24,850 nucleotides of DNA from a virus (lineage: Duplodnaviria > Heunggongvirae > Uroviricota > Caudoviricetes), in IMG/VR virus record IMGVR_UViG_2565956726_000010; one strand, 5' to 3'. The stretch's first letter is position 1. Every line of letters begins with the position of its first letter. Under the pieces are notes generated by a model that was not told where the DNA came from, did no database searches, and worked only from the letters and a program-made list of their open reading frames with translations. Positions 1 to 9,205 of the stretch are shown piece after piece. Both the position numbers and the translations under genes were made by a program.

Positions 1-288
1 TTAACGGATCAACATCCAGATCAGCAGACACGCCACCACCGGCACAGCAAAATCCATCAGGCTTGCCACATCCCACACGCGCGGATCAAAACCGCCCCAC
101 CACGGCATGTTAATCCTCTTGCCATGCCCAAACATTTCAATCCAGCGATATTCTGCCTGGGTGTGTTCACGCGCAATGAAGAACGTACAACCGGCTATCG
201 CACCGTAAGCCCAGTTTCCGGTAAAAAGACCAGCCAGTACCTGCACCGCTACGGCACAAAGCGCATGAAGTATCGACGTGATATCCAT
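1..288 (-). CDS. small integral membrane protein, function unknown (95 aa)
   Basis: ATG at 288..286 preceded by AAGGA Shine-Dalgarno about 6 nt upstream; stop TAA at 3..1, exactly at the window edge; two to three hydrophobic segments (ILHALCAVAVQVLAGLFTG, MDFAVPVVACLLIWMLI); starts 9 nt after the stop of the 298..576 gene, same strand. Confidence 0.45.
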   Translation of the reverse strand: MDITSILHALCAVAVQVLAGLFTGNWAYGAIAGCTFFIAREHTQAEYRWIEMFGHGKRINMPWWGGFDPRVWDVASLMDFAVPVVACLLIWMLIR

Positions 289-297
289 CTGCTATCC

Positions 298-576
298 TTA
301 AAACCACTCCCTGAGCGGGCGCTCTGGTGTAACCACCCACTCACGGAACACGGAATCATCAAATCCATCGTCAAGAAGACGGATATTAACAAAGTACCCT
401 TCGTTTCGCGTGTATTCTGGTTCTCCGTCATCAGAAACATCTGTCTCCCTGAACGTAAAACCAATCTCATCAACCAGAACGGCATTCTGCAGCTCTTCGT
501 CCTCTTCCCAGTTAAGTTTCCTGAGAAATGCCCTGAAATCTGCTTTATCACTGAAACGCAACGTGAAATCTCTCAC
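298..576 (-). CDS. small highly acidic protein, function unknown (92 aa, GTG start)
   Basis: GTG at 576..574 overlaps the stf stop codon (GTGA) and has a strong GGGGAGG Shine-Dalgarno 7 nt upstream; no internal Met; Asp/Glu-rich with few basic residues; occupies the position where lambda carries tfa but has a different size and composition. Confidence 0.45.
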   Translation of the reverse strand: MRDFTLRFSDKADFRAFLRKLNWEEDEELQNAVLVDEIGFTFRETDVSDDGEPEYTRNEGYFVNIRLLDDGFDDSVFREWVVTPERPLREWF

Positions 577-2636
577 TCCACAACCTCCCCAAGCTGCGCA
601 TCTGTTAGCTCTTTATGCCAGAGACGAAAATTCCTCACATGCCCAAATAAATGGCGTAATCCTGCTGTAGTTTGTCCACCAATGCGAATGGTTGCTGTAC
701 TCCGGATATATTCCCATTTGGTTTTAGTTTCGCTGCTTAACTTACCGTTACTGACTACACATGTGGACCGTTCGGACTTTACCCGCATACCAATAAGCAT
801 TTTTTCCAGCCCGGCATTTTCATTTATTCGTCGGTCTGAACCACCTATATCGCAATACGGAAAACCGTCGTACCCACCTGATGAACCAAACCCCATTACG
901 ATCCCCGCATCTGCCTGATGCCGGTATGTGTCAAAAACACGCGGTGCTGCATTTGGCGTTTTATACCAGTTCTTATGTACCTCACAAAGAACCGTAAAAG
1001 GAAGATTATAAAGATTATTCTTAATCGGAACTGTAACCATATCGCTTGCCCGCGTTACCGGTGCCGTCCCCGTAACAATAAAAGATGATGCGCCTGTACC
1101 AGCCTCAATCTGTGGAGTGGTTACATCGAGATAATCCCCTGATGCAACCATCTGCCCTGTATCCGGAGAATACTGGACAAAACCACCAACCGTATTTTCT
1201 GTTGTATCTGCTTTTAATGTAGCCTCAAAAAATATCCAGCCAGTTGCATCATCCTTAACAGACCTTGCTGTAACACGGCTTGTCTGACCTGTCTTGCTAA
1301 TTATGCGGGTGGTAAGGTTCAGGTTTGCTGCTCCTATTGATGTCCTTACCTCCCCATCATAATGTTCAAATAAAATACGAACGGCGATATTATCAACTTC
1401 ACTTTTTACCCGACAGGATATAGTTACATGCTTTTCGTCCCCTGAAGTATCAACCCCTCCGGTACTCGAATACAGTCCGATAATGGTATGCGCTTTACTT
1501 GTACCAACAATCGAATCCTGTACGACAAACCGGCCATAATTAAACCCGAAACTATCTGTGCCTGTTTCTGTAACGTCCAGTGAAGTTGACTTATTCCACT
1601 TCGAAGGGTCTGTACTGTTCTGGAAGAAGTTCGTTCTTTGTCCCTCAATAAGCAGGCCATCACACTCAAATCGTGGCTCATTAATTTCCGCCGTTTTCAG
1701 TTCGCCAGATTTGTTGATATATGTTGCCGTTGATGCGCGACTGAAATTAATCTGTTTATCACTGGCAACCTGAACCACATTATCGCCAATCTTCACTTTT
1801 TTATAACCCGGAGAATAGCCCGTAATCATATCCAGCGAATCATTAAAGGGTATCCACACATCCGGCAGCGGCTGTAAAACATATCTGTACGGCTCTGCTG
1901 TCTGGTTTGCGTATTCTCTGGCAGCATCTTCACTTGCTTTTGCTGCCGTCTGGCTTGCTGCCGATGCTTTCGCCGAGTTCGCCGCCGCTGTTTCGCTCAC
2001 CTTTGCGTTGGCTTCACTGTCTTTGGCATTCGTCTCACTGGTTTTCGCTGCCGTCTGGCTGGATTTTGCGTTTTTTTCGCTGGCCTTTGTGGCTGTCTCG
2101 CTATTTTTCGCGTTGGTTTCTGATTTTTTGGCTGCTGTCGCGGAGTTTGCCGATGCAGTCTGCGAGGCCGCTGCCGCCTGTGCGCTGTTAGCTGCATTCG
2201 TTTCTGAGGTTTTCGCCGCATTCTTCGATGAGGCTGCTGCCGTTTCGGATTTCTTTGCCGCCGCTGCACTCTGTGATGACGCTCCGGCATGACGTGCCAC
2301 TTCATTCACCATCAGCTCAAAACGGCGCAGTGCCTCCGGACGAACATCATCCTCCGTCATGGCGCCGAGAAAATCATTCAGCGTACCTGGTCTGGAACCT
2401 TCATAGACGGTAATGGTCCCGGCATGTGAAGGTGGAAAACCTTCAACCAGCAGGGTGACGCTGTACTGGCCATACTCAACATCCATGCTGTAACGCCCGG
2501 CTTCATCCGGATTTTCAGAGGCCACCGTGTTCACCACCACCGTGCTGCTGGTCCGTCTGGCCTTCAGCACAATGGTGCAGTTCTGTACTGGTTTTCCTGT
2601 GCCATCTTTAAGCACGCCAGAAATTTTTACTGTCAT
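573..2636 (-). CDS. stf: side tail fiber protein (lambda Stf-like N-terminus, Ala/Ser/Thr-rich repeat shaft, non-lambda C-terminal domain)
   Basis: N-terminus MTVKISGVLKDGTGKPVQNCTIVLKA... is near-identical to my recollection of lambda Stf; ATG at 2636..2634; C-terminal ~450 aa unlike lambda and ending in a motif (VRNFRLWHKELTDAQL) resembling the C-terminal signature of LamG/concanavalin-like jellyroll domains. Confidence 0.9.
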   Translation of the reverse strand: MTVKISGVLKDGTGKPVQNCTIVLKARRTSSTVVVNTVASENPDEAGRYSMDVEYGQYSVTLLVEGFPPSHAGTITVYEGSRPGTLNDFLGAMTEDDVRPEALRRFELMVNEVARHAGASSQSAAAAKKSETAAASSKNAAKTSETNAANSAQAAAASQTASANSATAAKKSETNAKNSETATKASEKNAKSSQTAAKTSETNAKDSEANAKVSETAAANSAKASAASQTAAKASEDAAREYANQTAEPYRYVLQPLPDVWIPFNDSLDMITGYSPGYKKVKIGDNVVQVASDKQINFSRASTATYINKSGELKTAEINEPRFECDGLLIEGQRTNFFQNSTDPSKWNKSTSLDVTETGTDSFGFNYGRFVVQDSIVGTSKAHTIIGLYSSTGGVDTSGDEKHVTISCRVKSEVDNIAVRILFEHYDGEVRTSIGAANLNLTTRIISKTGQTSRVTARSVKDDATGWIFFEATLKADTTENTVGGFVQYSPDTGQMVASGDYLDVTTPQIEAGTGASSFIVTGTAPVTRASDMVTVPIKNNLYNLPFTVLCEVHKNWYKTPNAAPRVFDTYRHQADAGIVMGFGSSGGYDGFPYCDIGGSDRRINENAGLEKMLIGMRVKSERSTCVVSNGKLSSETKTKWEYIRSTATIRIGGQTTAGLRHLFGHVRNFRLWHKELTDAQLGEVVE
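1919..2285 (-). repeat. in-frame tandem short repeats encoding an Ala/Ser/Thr/Lys-rich low-complexity shaft inside stf
   Basis: Protein residues ~118-240 are iterations of units like AAKTSETNA / AKKSETNAKNSE; the DNA shows repeated gcttctgaaac / gccgctgc-type units; spurious ORFs appear in several frames on both strands here. Confidence 0.6.
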
Positions 2637-2649
2637 ACTTTTCCACCAA

Positions 2650-2683
2650 TAAAAAAAGCCCGCAGCAGTGACGCCACGGGCTT
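2650..2683 (-). terminator. putative intrinsic terminator between lom and stf
   Basis: Minus strand reads AAGCCCG-(14 nt loop)-CGGGCTT followed by TTTTTTT, about 100 nt downstream of the lom stop and just upstream of the stf start. Confidence 0.4.
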
Positions 2684-2787
2684 CAGGACAGTGTAACTTT
2701 ACGTTTCCTCAAACGCAGTTCACCCCATAAGGCGGATGAACCTGCGTATCATAACAATATTTACAGAAGATAAATCGGCGTCTGTTG

Positions 2788-3387
2788 TCAGAAACGGTAT
2801 CCGATACCAACAATAAATGCATCCGTTCGCCAGTCGCCACTGCCGGAGCCTTCATAAGCAATATCAATGGCCACGGATTCGGTCGGGTTAAACTGCACGC
2901 CAGCTCCCCACGCCAGAGAGGTATTGCTGTGGCGACCGTCATCACTTCCGGTCAGCACGTCGTGCGTTTTCCCCTTGTTGTCAGTTACGCGGAGATAATC
3001 CCCGGAGAAAGTCGACACACGGCTGTAAGCCACACCCGCGATCGCATACGCGCTGAACCATTCATTCACGCGCACAGACGGCCCCGCCATCACGCTGAAC
3101 CAGCGGTTACGCACGGAATCTTCATGCCAGCGGGTATCGCTGTAATGCGTTTTTTGCTCATCTTTGGCATTGGCATAACTGAATGACGTCACCAGCCCCA
3201 GCGTGTCCGTAAATTCATAACGGTATTTCACGTTAATGCCCTTCAGGTCATCGCTGCCTGGCATATCAGTATGGGTCTGAAGATACCCGGCGCTTAGTGT
3301 GGACTGATGCTCTGCTGCGCTCGCTGGCGTACCAGCGGCGACCAGCCAGACTACTGTGGACAGAATAACAGCACATAATTTACGCAT
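2788..3387 (-). CDS. lom: Lom outer membrane protein (Ail/Lom/PagC family beta-barrel)
   Basis: 199 aa with N-terminal signal peptide (MRKLCAVILSTVVWLVAAGTPASA), C-terminal aromatic terminus (...GIGYRF) typical of OM beta-barrels; same position as lambda lom between J and stf; ATG at 3387..3385. Confidence 0.9.
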   Translation of the reverse strand: MRKLCAVILSTVVWLVAAGTPASAAEHQSTLSAGYLQTHTDMPGSDDLKGINVKYRYEFTDTLGLVTSFSYANAKDEQKTHYSDTRWHEDSVRNRWFSVMAGPSVRVNEWFSAYAIAGVAYSRVSTFSGDYLRVTDNKGKTHDVLTGSDDGRHSNTSLAWGAGVQFNPTESVAIDIAYEGSGSGDWRTDAFIVGIGYRF

Positions 3388-3409
3388 AATTACCTCTCGC
3401 TTTTCTGCA

Positions 3410-3437
3410 ATAAAAAAGGCGCCATTTCTGGCGCCCG
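3410..3437 (-). terminator. putative intrinsic terminator after J (lambda tJ-like)
   Basis: Minus strand GGCGCC-AGAAAT-GGCGCC followed by TTTTTTATTG, between the J stop and the lom Shine-Dalgarno. Confidence 0.55.
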
Positions 3438-3454
3438 TATTGGGGTTATAAAAT

Positions 3455-6400
3455 TCAGCTAATCGTGATGCCTGCAGTGGCTTTCTTCATCACAACAACC
3501 AGCAAATCGCTGATACTTGCTGTGGGATACCAGCCATTTACCCACCATGCTGATACAGAAAACTCCAGCGTCATGTCGCCGCGACCAGCAGGCATATCAA
3601 TAACACCACTGTAAACCAGCGTATTATCCATCGCGGTACGGTTATAAATTTCAGCACCGTTTTTCTTCACTATCAGGCGGCATGACGAATAAGTATCGCT
3701 GTTCTCCCGCTCATGTCTGGCACCGCTGAAAGCCACCGCCGGAATAACAATCTGCCGGTTAAACGGCTGATCGTCATAAACCCTGACGGTAATGGTTCCT
3801 GATGGCCAACGCTTCGGTGCACGGGAGTCACGAGGGAAAGCCTTACCCACTGTTTTAACGAGATCGCCTTCAATCTGGTTTGCAGACAGTTTCCCTCTGA
3901 TGACACAGTTCTCGTTAATGGTGACATTATTGAGCGTGCCGGTATTCGCCGTGATGGCTCCACTGATATCCGCATTGCGGGCTGTCAGCCTGCCATCCGG
4001 CGTCAGGGAAAACGTCGGAGGATTGCCGGATGACGTGATGCTCACCGCAAACAGTCGCTTCAGGAACACGTCGTTCATGAACAGCTGATTCCCCTGCGCC
4101 ACAAACAGCGGCGTGGTGTTGCCGTTCTCCGGGGTAATCATCGCAATGCGATCGGCCTGCAGCAGAATGTTACTCAGGGTCTGACCATCAACATCCTCAA
4201 TCCCCGCACCAATCCCGGCCACATAGGGAATACCGTTTTTTGTTTTCTGCACCTTCAGCATATACATGGCATTCAGCTCATTGCGCGTGTCTGACTGAAC
4301 CCGCTGGATTTGCTGTATGGTCACGGCCTGGTCACCCAGCTTTTTATCCGTGGTCGAGGTAATTTCACTCCCTTTTTTATCCACGTACTGGCGGACCTGT
4401 GCTATCTGTCGGGCGTTTTCTGACTGCCCCTGGCTGACAGTCTGTGAGATTTCACTGCTCACCCGGTCCACTTTCTGGCTCACCTGCGCGATGGCCAGTG
4501 TCTGATCCTCATTCTTTTTCGCAACCAGCTGCGTGAGGCTGTTTTCCGCCTTCCCGATTTTCCGGGTCACTTCTGCGATATCCGTGTCCATCCGCTGACG
4601 GATATCTTCTTCCAGTTGCGTGACCTCCGTACGCAGCGCTGAAGCATCAATGCGCTCTTTCAGTGCCTGACCCAGAAGCGTCTCATCTATCAGCCCCCGG
4701 AAAATTTCCAGATACCCTTCACCATCATTGCTGGGCTGCCCGCTGGCTTCCACAAAAGCAGATTTTCCCACCAGGTTGACGCTTCGCACGTAAAACCAGA
4801 AATCCGTCCCCGGCTTAATCCGGCTCCCCTGGACAGTCCACTGACTGCCGGTCCCCAGATAACGGGCAGATTTTTCCACCTGTGCTGTGTTCGTGATGCG
4901 TTTTTCTGAGAACCAGAATTCAAACTGTACCGTCGGGTCATACACCGCAAGACGCGGGACCGCCGTTATCTGAAAATACCCCGGCGTCAGCTCAATGGTG
5001 GCGGGTTTTGCAGGTGCGTTAATCCGGAACGATACCGACGCCGGATCGCCCTGCTGTCCCCGGGCATTTACCGCCCGGACCGTCAGCGTGTAACGCCCCA
5101 GCGCCAGCTGCCTGAAGCGGTAAGTGGTTTCCGCCGTCCGGGCCGTGCTGACCAGCCGCTCACTGCCGTCATCCGCTGTTACGGTCAGACGGAGCAGGAA
5201 GCTCACGCCCTTCACCACCTTCGGCGTGTCCCAGCGCGCCAGCACCTGATATTCCCCGCTGTCTGCGGTGACTTCGGCGGTCAGGTGCTGCACCGCTGGC
5301 GGCGTGACACCATTCACCGTGCCGCTCTGGTCGCCGTCAAAGTGCGCTCCGTTATCCACGATGGCCTCTTTTTCCGGTACATGCTGCACGGCGGTGATGG
5401 CATACGCACCGTCATCGTTCTCCCGGATACTCACACAGCGGAACAGGCGCTGGCGCAGCGTCGGCAGCTTCAGCCCCCACACGCTGTATTCGGCAACGCC
5501 GTCAGGAATACGGCTCACTTTCACCTTCACGCCGTCGGTGACGGACTGGACCTCCACGCTGACCGGATTCCCACTTCCGTCAACCAGGCTTATCAGCGTG
5601 GTGCCGGAGGATGACAGCATGATTTCACGGTCGAGCGTCAGCGTCCGGGTCTGGCTGTTCACCGCCAGCACGCGCCCGCCGGTGCTGATACCGGCATAGT
5701 CATCATCACAGATTTCAATGACATCGCCCGGAACATGGCGAAGCCCTTCTGCGCCGACGCTGAAGTCCACGGTCTGCGTTTCCAGCAGTTCTGTTTTAAT
5801 CAGCCACAGCCCGGCGCGGTGTGCCTGCCCCCGGCTGGTACAGCCAAAGGCATCCATCTTCGTGACGTTACGACCGTAACGGGCAATGGCCTGCGTGTCC
5901 TCCACAAGCTCTGTTGCCGTCTCCCAGCCGTTATCCGGGTCAATCCAGTTCACCTCAACGGCATTATGGCGGTCCTTCAGGGCGCTGAAGCTGTAGCGGA
6001 ACGGCGCGCCATCATCCGGCATCACCACATTACTGCGGTTATAGGTCCACACCTTATCCGACGGTCGGTCCTGCACGAACGTCAGCGTCTGCCCGTTCCA
6101 TACCGGCATACAGCGCATCGCCGAGCAAAAATCACTGAGCACATCCCACGCCTTGCGCTGTGTGGTCAGGTACGCATTACAGGTGATGCGCGGCTCCGTG
6201 CCGCCAAAGCCGTCCGGCACTGACTGGTCGCAGTACTGGCCGATGACATACAGCGCCCATTTATCCACATCCGCTGCACCAAGACGTTTCCCCATGCCGT
6301 AGCGCGGATGGGTCAGCATATCCCACAGACACCAGGCCATGTTGTTGCTGTATGCCGGTTTAAACGTTCCGTCCCAGATACCGCTGTATTGCCGCGTCTG

Positions 6401-7153
6401 CGGGTTATAATTCGACGGCACCTGCAGAATACGCCCGCGCAGATGATAATTACGGCTCACCTGCTGGCTGCCGAACTGTTCCGAGTCCACCTGTACGCCG
6501 ACCAGTGCCGTGTTCGGGTAGCACTGTTTCACATCGATGATTTCGGTGTATGACGACCAGAGCGTTTTGTTCTGCAGCTGGTCTGTGGTGCTGTCCGGCG
6601 TCATCCTGCGCATCCGGATATTGAACGGGCGCGGCGGCAGGTTATCCACCACCACCGAGGCCAGATACTGCGAGGTGGTTTTGCCTTTAATGGTGATGTC
6701 TTTTTCCGTCACCCAGCCACCATTACGCTGTATCTGAACCAGCAGGCGGACTTCCGACGGATTCCGGTCACCCTTTGAGGTGGTTTCCACCAGTGCCTGC
6801 ACACCGAAGGTAAAGCGCAGACGGTCGATGTTTGCCGACGTGATGGTGCGGGTGATCGGCGTGTCATATTTCACTTCTGTACCGAGCACCGTCTCGGAGC
6901 CGGAGGATTCAAAACCTTCCGGCGGTGTCTGCTCCTGCTCACCTGCCCGGAACACCACCGTGACGCCGGAGATGTTGGTATTCCCCTCACTGTCCAGCAC
7001 CGGCGTACTGTTCAGCAGCACGCTTTTTAATCCATCCACCGGACCTTCAATCGGCCCTTCGCTGATGGCATCAATCACACTCAGCAGTTGCGTGGACTTC
7101 AGGTTGTCCTTCGCTTCGCGCGGGGTATGCCCCTTACTGCTTCCTTTGCCCAT
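3455..7153 (-). CDS. J: tail tip / host specificity protein J (central fiber)
   Basis: 1232 aa; N-terminus [54 protein letters not shown] matches lambda J as I recall it; about 100 aa longer than lambda J (1132 aa) with an extra coiled-coil-like segment and a divergent C-terminal ~150 aa. Confidence 0.95.
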   Translation of the reverse strand: MGKGSSKGHTPREAKDNLKSTQLLSVIDAISEGPIEGPVDGLKSVLLNSTPVLDSEGNTNISGVTVVFRAGEQEQTPPEGFESSGSETVLGTEVKYDTPITRTITSANIDRLRFTFGVQALVETTSKGDRNPSEVRLLVQIQRNGGWVTEKDITIKGKTTSQYLASVVVDNLPPRPFNIRMRRMTPDSTTDQLQNKTLWSSYTEIIDVKQCYPNTALVGVQVDSEQFGSQQVSRNYHLRGRILQVPSNYNPQTRQYSGIWDGTFKPAYSNNMAWCLWDMLTHPRYGMGKRLGAADVDKWALYVIGQYCDQSVPDGFGGTEPRITCNAYLTTQRKAWDVLSDFCSAMRCMPVWNGQTLTFVQDRPSDKVWTYNRSNVVMPDDGAPFRYSFSALKDRHNAVEVNWIDPDNGWETATELVEDTQAIARYGRNVTKMDAFGCTSRGQAHRAGLWLIKTELLETQTVDFSVGAEGLRHVPGDVIEICDDDYAGISTGGRVLAVNSQTRTLTLDREIMLSSSGTTLISLVDGSGNPVSVEVQSVTDGVKVKVSRIPDGVAEYSVWGLKLPTLRQRLFRCVSIRENDDGAYAITAVQHVPEKEAIVDNGAHFDGDQSGTVNGVTPPAVQHLTAEVTADSGEYQVLARWDTPKVVKGVSFLLRLTVTADDGSERLVSTARTAETTYRFRQLALGRYTLTVRAVNARGQQGDPASVSFRINAPAKPATIELTPGYFQITAVPRLAVYDPTVQFEFWFSEKRITNTAQVEKSARYLGTGSQWTVQGSRIKPGTDFWFYVRSVNLVGKSAFVEASGQPSNDGEGYLEIFRGLIDETLLGQALKERIDASALRTEVTQLEEDIRQRMDTDIAEVTRKIGKAENSLTQLVAKKNEDQTLAIAQVSQKVDRVSSEISQTVSQGQSENARQIAQVRQYVDKKGSEITSTTDKKLGDQAVTIQQIQRVQSDTRNELNAMYMLKVQKTKNGIPYVAGIGAGIEDVDGQTLSNILLQADRIAMITPENGNTTPLFVAQGNQLFMNDVFLKRLFAVSITSSGNPPTFSLTPDGRLTARNADISGAITANTGTLNNVTINENCVIRGKLSANQIEGDLVKTVGKAFPRDSRAPKRWPSGTITVRVYDDQPFNRQIVIPAVAFSGARHERENSDTYSSCRLIVKKNGAEIYNRTAMDNTLVYSGVIDMPAGRGDMTLEFSVSAWWVNGWYPTASISDLLVVVMKKATAGITIS

Positions 7154-7213
7154 TCGTCATGCTCCATAAACGACAAAACCGCCCGGAGGCGGTTTCACAT
7201 GAAATATTTTGCA

Positions 7214-7861
7214 TCAGCGGCCAATCACCACAACCTGACCACCGTCCCCTTCATCTGCCGTGCTGATCTCCTGAGAAACCACACGAGACCCCACGCGCAT
7301 TTCACCGTACAGAACAGGCAGAACATTGCCCTGGGCAACCATGTTATCCAGTGATGAGAAATAGGTGTTCTGCTTACCGTTATCCGTGCTGGTCGCTGTG
7401 GGCGTCCGGGCTTTCGGTGCCAGCATCTGGGCCACACCACCCAGGATCATACTGGCCCCTGCCGCATACATGCCCGATACAGCCGCGGCACCCAGCCAGC
7501 CCACAGGGTTCCACCATGCCACCGCAATCAGCGCCGCCCCCAGCACCACCTGAAACACACCGCCACTTTTAGCTCCCGCCAGACGCGGCACGATATGGAT
7601 CACGGCACCATTTGCCAGCGGCTCATTAAGACGGGCAGATAATTCGGTTTCACCTGCATCACGCCCGGCAATGCGCACCTGATACCAGCCGTCATTCAGT
7701 TTCTGACGAAACGCCGGGAGCTGTGTGGACAACGCCCGGATGGCTTCAGCCCCCGTTTTTACACGAAGGTCGATGCGGCGGCCAAATCGTTGTAAATCCC
7801 CGTAAAGGCAGATGCGTGCCATGCCCGGTGACGCCAGAGGGAGTGTGTGCGTCGCTGCCAT
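7214..7861 (-). CDS. I: tail tip assembly protein I
   Basis: 215 aa, MAATHTLPLASPGMARICLYGDLQRFGRR... as in lambda I; ubiquitin-like N-terminal part and hydrophobic Gly/Ala-rich middle; overlaps K by 103 nt, the same overlap as the lambda K/I coordinates I recall. Confidence 0.9.
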   Translation of the reverse strand: MAATHTLPLASPGMARICLYGDLQRFGRRIDLRVKTGAEAIRALSTQLPAFRQKLNDGWYQVRIAGRDAGETELSARLNEPLANGAVIHIVPRLAGAKSGGVFQVVLGAALIAVAWWNPVGWLGAAAVSGMYAAGASMILGGVAQMLAPKARTPTATSTDNGKQNTYFSSLDNMVAQGNVLPVLYGEMRVGSRVVSQEISTADEGDGGQVVVIGR

Positions 7862-8502
7862 TTGTCGGTATACCTCTCTCGTTTGCTCAGTTGTTCAGGA
7901 ATATGGTGCAACAGCTCACCGTCGCCGCAGTAAATGGCGGCATGATTCGGCACCGATGAACCAAAACAGCACAGCAGCACATCGCCCGGCTGCGCCGCTG
8001 ACAACGGCACCTGATACAGCCCTGTGGCCTCCAGATTATCCAGATAGAGATTCTGGCCGTTACACCACCAGTCATCCTCACGATGAAAGTCCGGCATCTC
8101 AATCCCCGCCAGATGATAAGCATCCCGGAACAGCGTGTAACAGTCCGTCGCCCCGTGCTCAAAGCGCCGCCCGGTAAGATGCGGCACACAGCGGAATTTA
8201 TGAATCTCACCCCGGCAGACCAGCCACCAAGGCAAATCGCTCTGCACCTGCAGCCGCCTGTCAGCCTCACTCAGCCAGGGCAGGCCACCGGGGTGGCTGT
8301 GGACCAGCGCCACAATCTCACCCTGCATCTCTGCCCGCAGCCAGTCCTCCGGCGACATCCGGAAATACGCCTCCGGCTCACCGGAGATATTCACGCAGGG
8401 AAAATATCTTTCCCCTTCCGGCGTTCTCACCACGAAGCCGCACGACTCCGCTGGCGCACATCGCCGGGCGTGCGCCAGAATCGCTGATTCTGTCTGTGTC
8501 AT
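7759..8502 (-). CDS. K: tail tip assembly protein K (JAB/MPN + NlpC/P60-like)
   Basis: From ATG 8502..8500 the protein begins MTQTESAILAHARRCAPAESCGFVV with the HSHP JAB-type metal motif; the longer ORF from 8544 would overlap L and is taken as artefact; the lambda-annotated 199-aa K may use a further downstream start. Confidence 0.85.
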   Translation of the reverse strand: MTQTESAILAHARRCAPAESCGFVVRTPEGERYFPCVNISGEPEAYFRMSPEDWLRAEMQGEIVALVHSHPGGLPWLSEADRRLQVQSDLPWWLVCRGEIHKFRCVPHLTGRRFEHGATDCYTLFRDAYHLAGIEMPDFHREDDWWCNGQNLYLDNLEATGLYQVPLSAAQPGDVLLCCFGSSVPNHAAIYCGDGELLHHIPEQLSKRERYTDKWQRRTHSLWRHRAWHASAFTGIYNDLAAASTFV

Positions 8503-8506
8503 GGGA

Positions 8507-9205
8507 TTACTGCGAAAGTTTGTTAATGGAAAGGAAGCCGCCAAAGTTGCCGACGTTATTGCGAAACTTACAGCCGCTCAGGCATTTGCTGCATTTATCC
8601 TTCGTGATATCGGACGTCGGCTGGTCATATTCATCCGCAACCGCCGGACCGTGATAACCGCACTCATCACCGCGATAGGTCCAGGTGCAGGTGTTGGCCA
8701 GCATGGTACGTCCCGGAAAAACAGCACCATCCGTTTCCGTCGGCGTGGACAGTACAAAAGAGGCACTCACCGCGCTCAGTTCGCTGCACTGCTCGATGCG
8801 CCAGCGGCTGATCACCTCCTGCTCTGGATCGGCTTCGCTGTTTCCGTTGACGAAGTTCACCACATCCAGAAAACGGGCGTAAACCTTACGCCTGACCACC
8901 GTTCCGCCGACCAGACTCTGCAGGTCTTCCGCCATCCCGGTGACCATGCCGTGCAGATTAGAGACTTTCAGCGTTGGCCTTGCACTGGCTCCTTTGCCGT
9001 TCATCTCAAATCCACTTCCCTGAATGGGATAGGCCTGATACTGCCGCCCCTGCCAGGTGACTGGTTCACCTTTTTCGTTCTGCTCATTACAGAAGAAATA
9101 ACGATCTCCGCCGACCTCTGTCAGATCAATTTCCCAGAGCACGACCAGCGCGGATTGCTCCGTTTTAGTGCACTCATTGAGTGTTTCCTGCTGTATATCC
9201 TGCAT
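8507..9205 (-). CDS. L: tail tip protein L
   Basis: 232 aa, same length as lambda L, with the C-terminal Cys cluster (CSKCLSGCKF); ATG 9205..9203 overlaps the M stop (TGATG). Confidence 0.9.
   Translation of the reverse strand: MQDIQQETLNECTKTEQSALVVLWEIDLTEVGGDRYFFCNEQNEKGEPVTWQGRQYQAYPIQGSGFEMNGKGASARPTLKVSNLHGMVTGMAEDLQSLVGGTVVRRKVYARFLDVVNFVNGNSEADPEQEVISRWRIEQCSELSAVSASFVLSTPTETDGAVFPGRTMLANTCTWTYRGDECGYHGPAVADEYDQPTSDITKDKCSKCLSGCKFRNNVGNFGGFLSINKLSQ

Noticed and set aside
124-918. 264-aa plus-strand ORF overlapping the two small genes and the stf 3' end
   Set aside because: Antisense to three minus-strand genes with good start signals; composition is not protein-like (many Ser/Pro/Arg runs); typical shadow ORF.
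1919-2285. Possible CRISPR-like or non-coding repeat array
   Set aside because: The repeats are in frame within stf, have no spacer architecture, and there are no cas genes; they are coding repeats.
1907-2305. Several 94-102-aa ORFs on both strands inside the stf repeat region
   Set aside because: Generated by the GC-rich tandem repeat; translations are low-complexity strings (poly-Arg/Pro/Gln or Ala/Phe) and they lie within the well-supported stf frame.
5268-6223. Plus-strand ORFs of 109-162 aa inside J
   Set aside because: Antisense to a 1232-aa gene with near-identity to lambda J; no independent start signals.
8503-8544. N-terminal 14-codon extension of K overlapping L
   Set aside because: The conserved K N-terminus (MTQTESAIL) starts at 8502; the extension overlaps the L stop and has no ribosome-binding site.
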